Below, in pieces: positions 18,170 through 19,889 of a DNA stretch of 19,889 nt (positions are counted from its first letter, which is position 1; the number at the start of each line of letters is the position of its first letter). The notes beneath the pieces are model-generated. The model searched no databases and was not told the origin of the DNA. It saw nothing but the letters and a program-made list of their open reading frames with translations. Made by a program: the position numbers and the translations under genes. Source of the DNA: a bacterium (GTDB taxonomy: Bacteria; DUMJ01); the NCBI GenBank assembly GCA_049970495.1, contig JBMFMV010000032.1:1-19889 (forward strand), given 5' to 3'.

Positions 18170-18967
18170 ATGATTAGAGTATTAGTTACAGACTTAGATG
18201 GTACAATATTGTTTAATGATATCTTCCCCAATATAGTAAGGGAAGGCGTTGAAAAACTTATTAAGCATGGCGTAAAGATATGCATAGCTAGTGGAAGAAT
18301 GTTGAGATCCATATACAACTATTATAAAGTCTTAAACTTAGATACACCTATCATAGCTTATAATGGTGCCATGATAGGAGACAAAACCCTCAATATCTTG
18401 TACCATGAACCAATTGAATTTCCTATATGGTTCCAGGTATTTAGGATATTACTAGAAGAAGACTTTCAGATTAATCTCTATTTTAACGATAAACTGTACA
18501 TATTTAGAAAAAATATATATGGGGATAGATATCCTCTACAGAATAAGGTTTCTGCAGAGTTTATAGATAATCTAGACAAGATTCCTAAGCTACCTACCAC
18601 TAAGATTCTTGGTATAGGTTCTCCAGAAAACGTAAAGACAACTCAAGCTAAACTTAAGAGAATATTTAATGGGAACCTTTATATAACTACGAGTAGTCCA
18701 ACATATCTAGAAATTATGAATAGTAACGTTTCAAAAGGAAAAGCTTTAAGATTACTTTCTAAAATAATAGGAATTCCCGTCTCAAGCATAGCTGGACTAG
18801 GAGATAGTTTCAATGATTTTGAACTGATACGAGATGCTGGCTTAGGGATTACCTTTAATAATGCTCCTGAGGAATTAAAGGATATTGCTGATTATGTAAC
18901 TCAGTATGATGCTCCTGAAGGATTTAGAGAGGTGGTGGAATTTATATTATGGAAGAATCGCTCTTAA
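18170..18967 (+). CDS. Cof-type HAD-IIB family phosphatase
   Basis: DLDGT, ASGR, YNGA, YLEI..VSKGKAL and GDSFND. Confidence 0.93.
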   Translation: MIRVLVTDLDGTILFNDIFPNIVREGVEKLIKHGVKICIASGRMLRSIYNYYKVLNLDTPIIAYNGAMIGDKTLNILYHEPIEFPIWFQVFRILLEEDFQINLYFNDKLYIFRKNIYGDRYPLQNKVSAEFIDNLDKIPKLPTTKILGIGSPENVKTTQAKLKRIFNGNLYITTSSPTYLEIMNSNVSKGKALRLLSKIIGIPVSSIAGLGDSFNDFELIRDAGLGITFNNAPEELKDIADYVTQYDAPEGFREVVEFILWKNRS

Positions 18968-19818
18968 ACCTTATAATAATAACTGGTTTTTCTGGAGCAG
19001 GTAAGTCTTTAGCGATAAGATGCTACGAAGATATGGGTTATTTCTGTATAGATAATCTACCTGTTACTCTAATACCAAAACTTGTTGAACTTTGCCTTCA
19101 ATCTGAAGGCAAAATAAAAGATATAGCATTAGTTATAGATATAAGAGGTAAAGAATTTTTTGATTCATTAAGGAACTCTTTAGATTCGATTCATAAGATG
19201 GGTGTAAAAGAGAAGATTATATTCTTAGAGGCTTCAGAAGAGGTTTTGATAAGAAGATATAAAGAGACGCGTCGCCCTCATCCTCTAAGTGAATTTGGCT
19301 CTTTAACAGAGAGTATCCGAGAAGAAAGAAGGATATTAGAGCCTATTAGGGAGATAGCTGATTATGTTATAGATACTTCTAGAACCCCACCTTCTCAGTT
19401 AAAAGAAGTACTACAGAAGTTATCGCTTTTTAAGGCTAAAGATACTATTGTCTTTAATCTTGAATCTTTTGGATACAAGTTTGGATTACCACTTGATGCG
19501 GACTTATTATTAGATGTAAGGTTTTTGAATAACCCATTCTATGAGCCAGAGCTAAGACTAAAAACCGGATTGGATAAAGAAGTAAAAGATTATGTAATGA
19601 AAGATGACTCAGCGGAGAGGTTTCTAAGGAAGATTGAAGATTTTATAGAGTTTCTCATCCCTCAGTATGCAAAGTTAGGTAAATATCAGATAACTATCGC
19701 TGTTGGTTGTACAGGAGGAAGACATAGATCCCCGGCGATTGTAGAGATCTTGAAAGATCGCTTAGAAGAGAAAGGATATAAGGTGGTAGTTCACCATAGA
19801 GATATAGAAGCTGAATAG
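18949..19818 (+). CDS. rapZ: RapZ/YvcJ P-loop nucleotide-binding protein
   Basis: ITGFSGAGKS, CIDNLP, DIRG, RRYKETRRPHPL, SFGYKFGLPLDAD, DVRFL.NP and GCTGGRHRS. Confidence 0.96.
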   Translation: MEESLLNLIIITGFSGAGKSLAIRCYEDMGYFCIDNLPVTLIPKLVELCLQSEGKIKDIALVIDIRGKEFFDSLRNSLDSIHKMGVKEKIIFLEASEEVLIRRYKETRRPHPLSEFGSLTESIREERRILEPIREIADYVIDTSRTPPSQLKEVLQKLSLFKAKDTIVFNLESFGYKFGLPLDADLLLDVRFLNNPFYEPELRLKTGLDKEVKDYVMKDDSAERFLRKIEDFIEFLIPQYAKLGKYQITIAVGCTGGRHRSPAIVEILKDRLEEKGYKVVVHHRDIEAE

Positions 19819-19822
19819 GGCT

Positions 19823-19889
19823 GTGAGAGGATATTCAGAGACTTTAAGGTTTGAACTCTGTAAAAAAATACCCGGCAATATTCAAGAGG
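19823..19889 (+). CDS. whiA: Probable N-terminus of DNA-binding protein WhiA (partial; runs off the window)
   Basis: GTG 4 nt after the rapZ stop opens MRGYSETLRFELCKKIPGNIQE, resembling the WhiA start pattern (S-F/Y-S-x-x-x-K/R-x-E-L). whiA commonly lies downstream of rapZ. Only 22 codons are visible. Confidence 0.5.
   Translation, partial: MRGYSETLRFELCKKIPGNIQE

Noticed and set aside
565..18318. Short minus-strand ORFs in the track (565-747, 1734-1964, 2604-2960, 3048-3458, 4140-4499, 5552-5746, 7361-7543, 8859-9068, 9366-9623, 11396-11659, 13740-13958, 16254-16487, 16497-16691, 18127-18318) and the nested + ORF 17328-17510
   Set aside because: All overlap well-supported genes, have no recognisable motifs, and look like shadow ORFs.
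1..19889. Mobile elements, defence systems, tRNA/rRNA genes
   Set aside because: No transposase, integrase, nuclease or toxin motifs were seen, and the short intergenic gaps show no tRNA- or rRNA-like sequence. A covariance-model scan was not possible.

Overview
AT-rich bacterial chromosomal window in which every credible gene is on the + strand. It holds 19 complete CDSs plus the probable first 22 codons of a 20th. Order: a long purine-rich leader (1-301); a two-gene unit (URO-D/MtaA-fold protein plus a family-5 ABC substrate-binding protein with no permease or ATPase) closed by an intrinsic terminator; PMM/PGM-murJ-long-chain acyl-CoA ligase; a tightly overlapping housekeeping run (M50 protease-trpS-rluB-cmk-plsC-lepA-hemW); an uncharacterised AKR-like TIM-barrel gene; HD hydrolase-LUD protein-MFS transporter; and Cof HAD-rapZ-probable whiA. 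The non-lipoprotein signal peptide on the binding protein and a four-Cys TrpRS suggest a diderm anaerobe (inference). I see no rRNA, tRNA, CRISPR array, transposase or defence genes, and I cannot support a clearly new multi-gene system. The best leads are: (1) rluB has an intact S4 domain upstream of any ATG/GTG/TTG, implying an ATA start or a frameshift inside the trpS tail; (2) the orphan URO-D-like + binding-protein unit and its unusual leader; (3) two near-leaderless genes with the same extended -10 geometry; (4) an AKR-like protein lacking the canonical catalytic motif.
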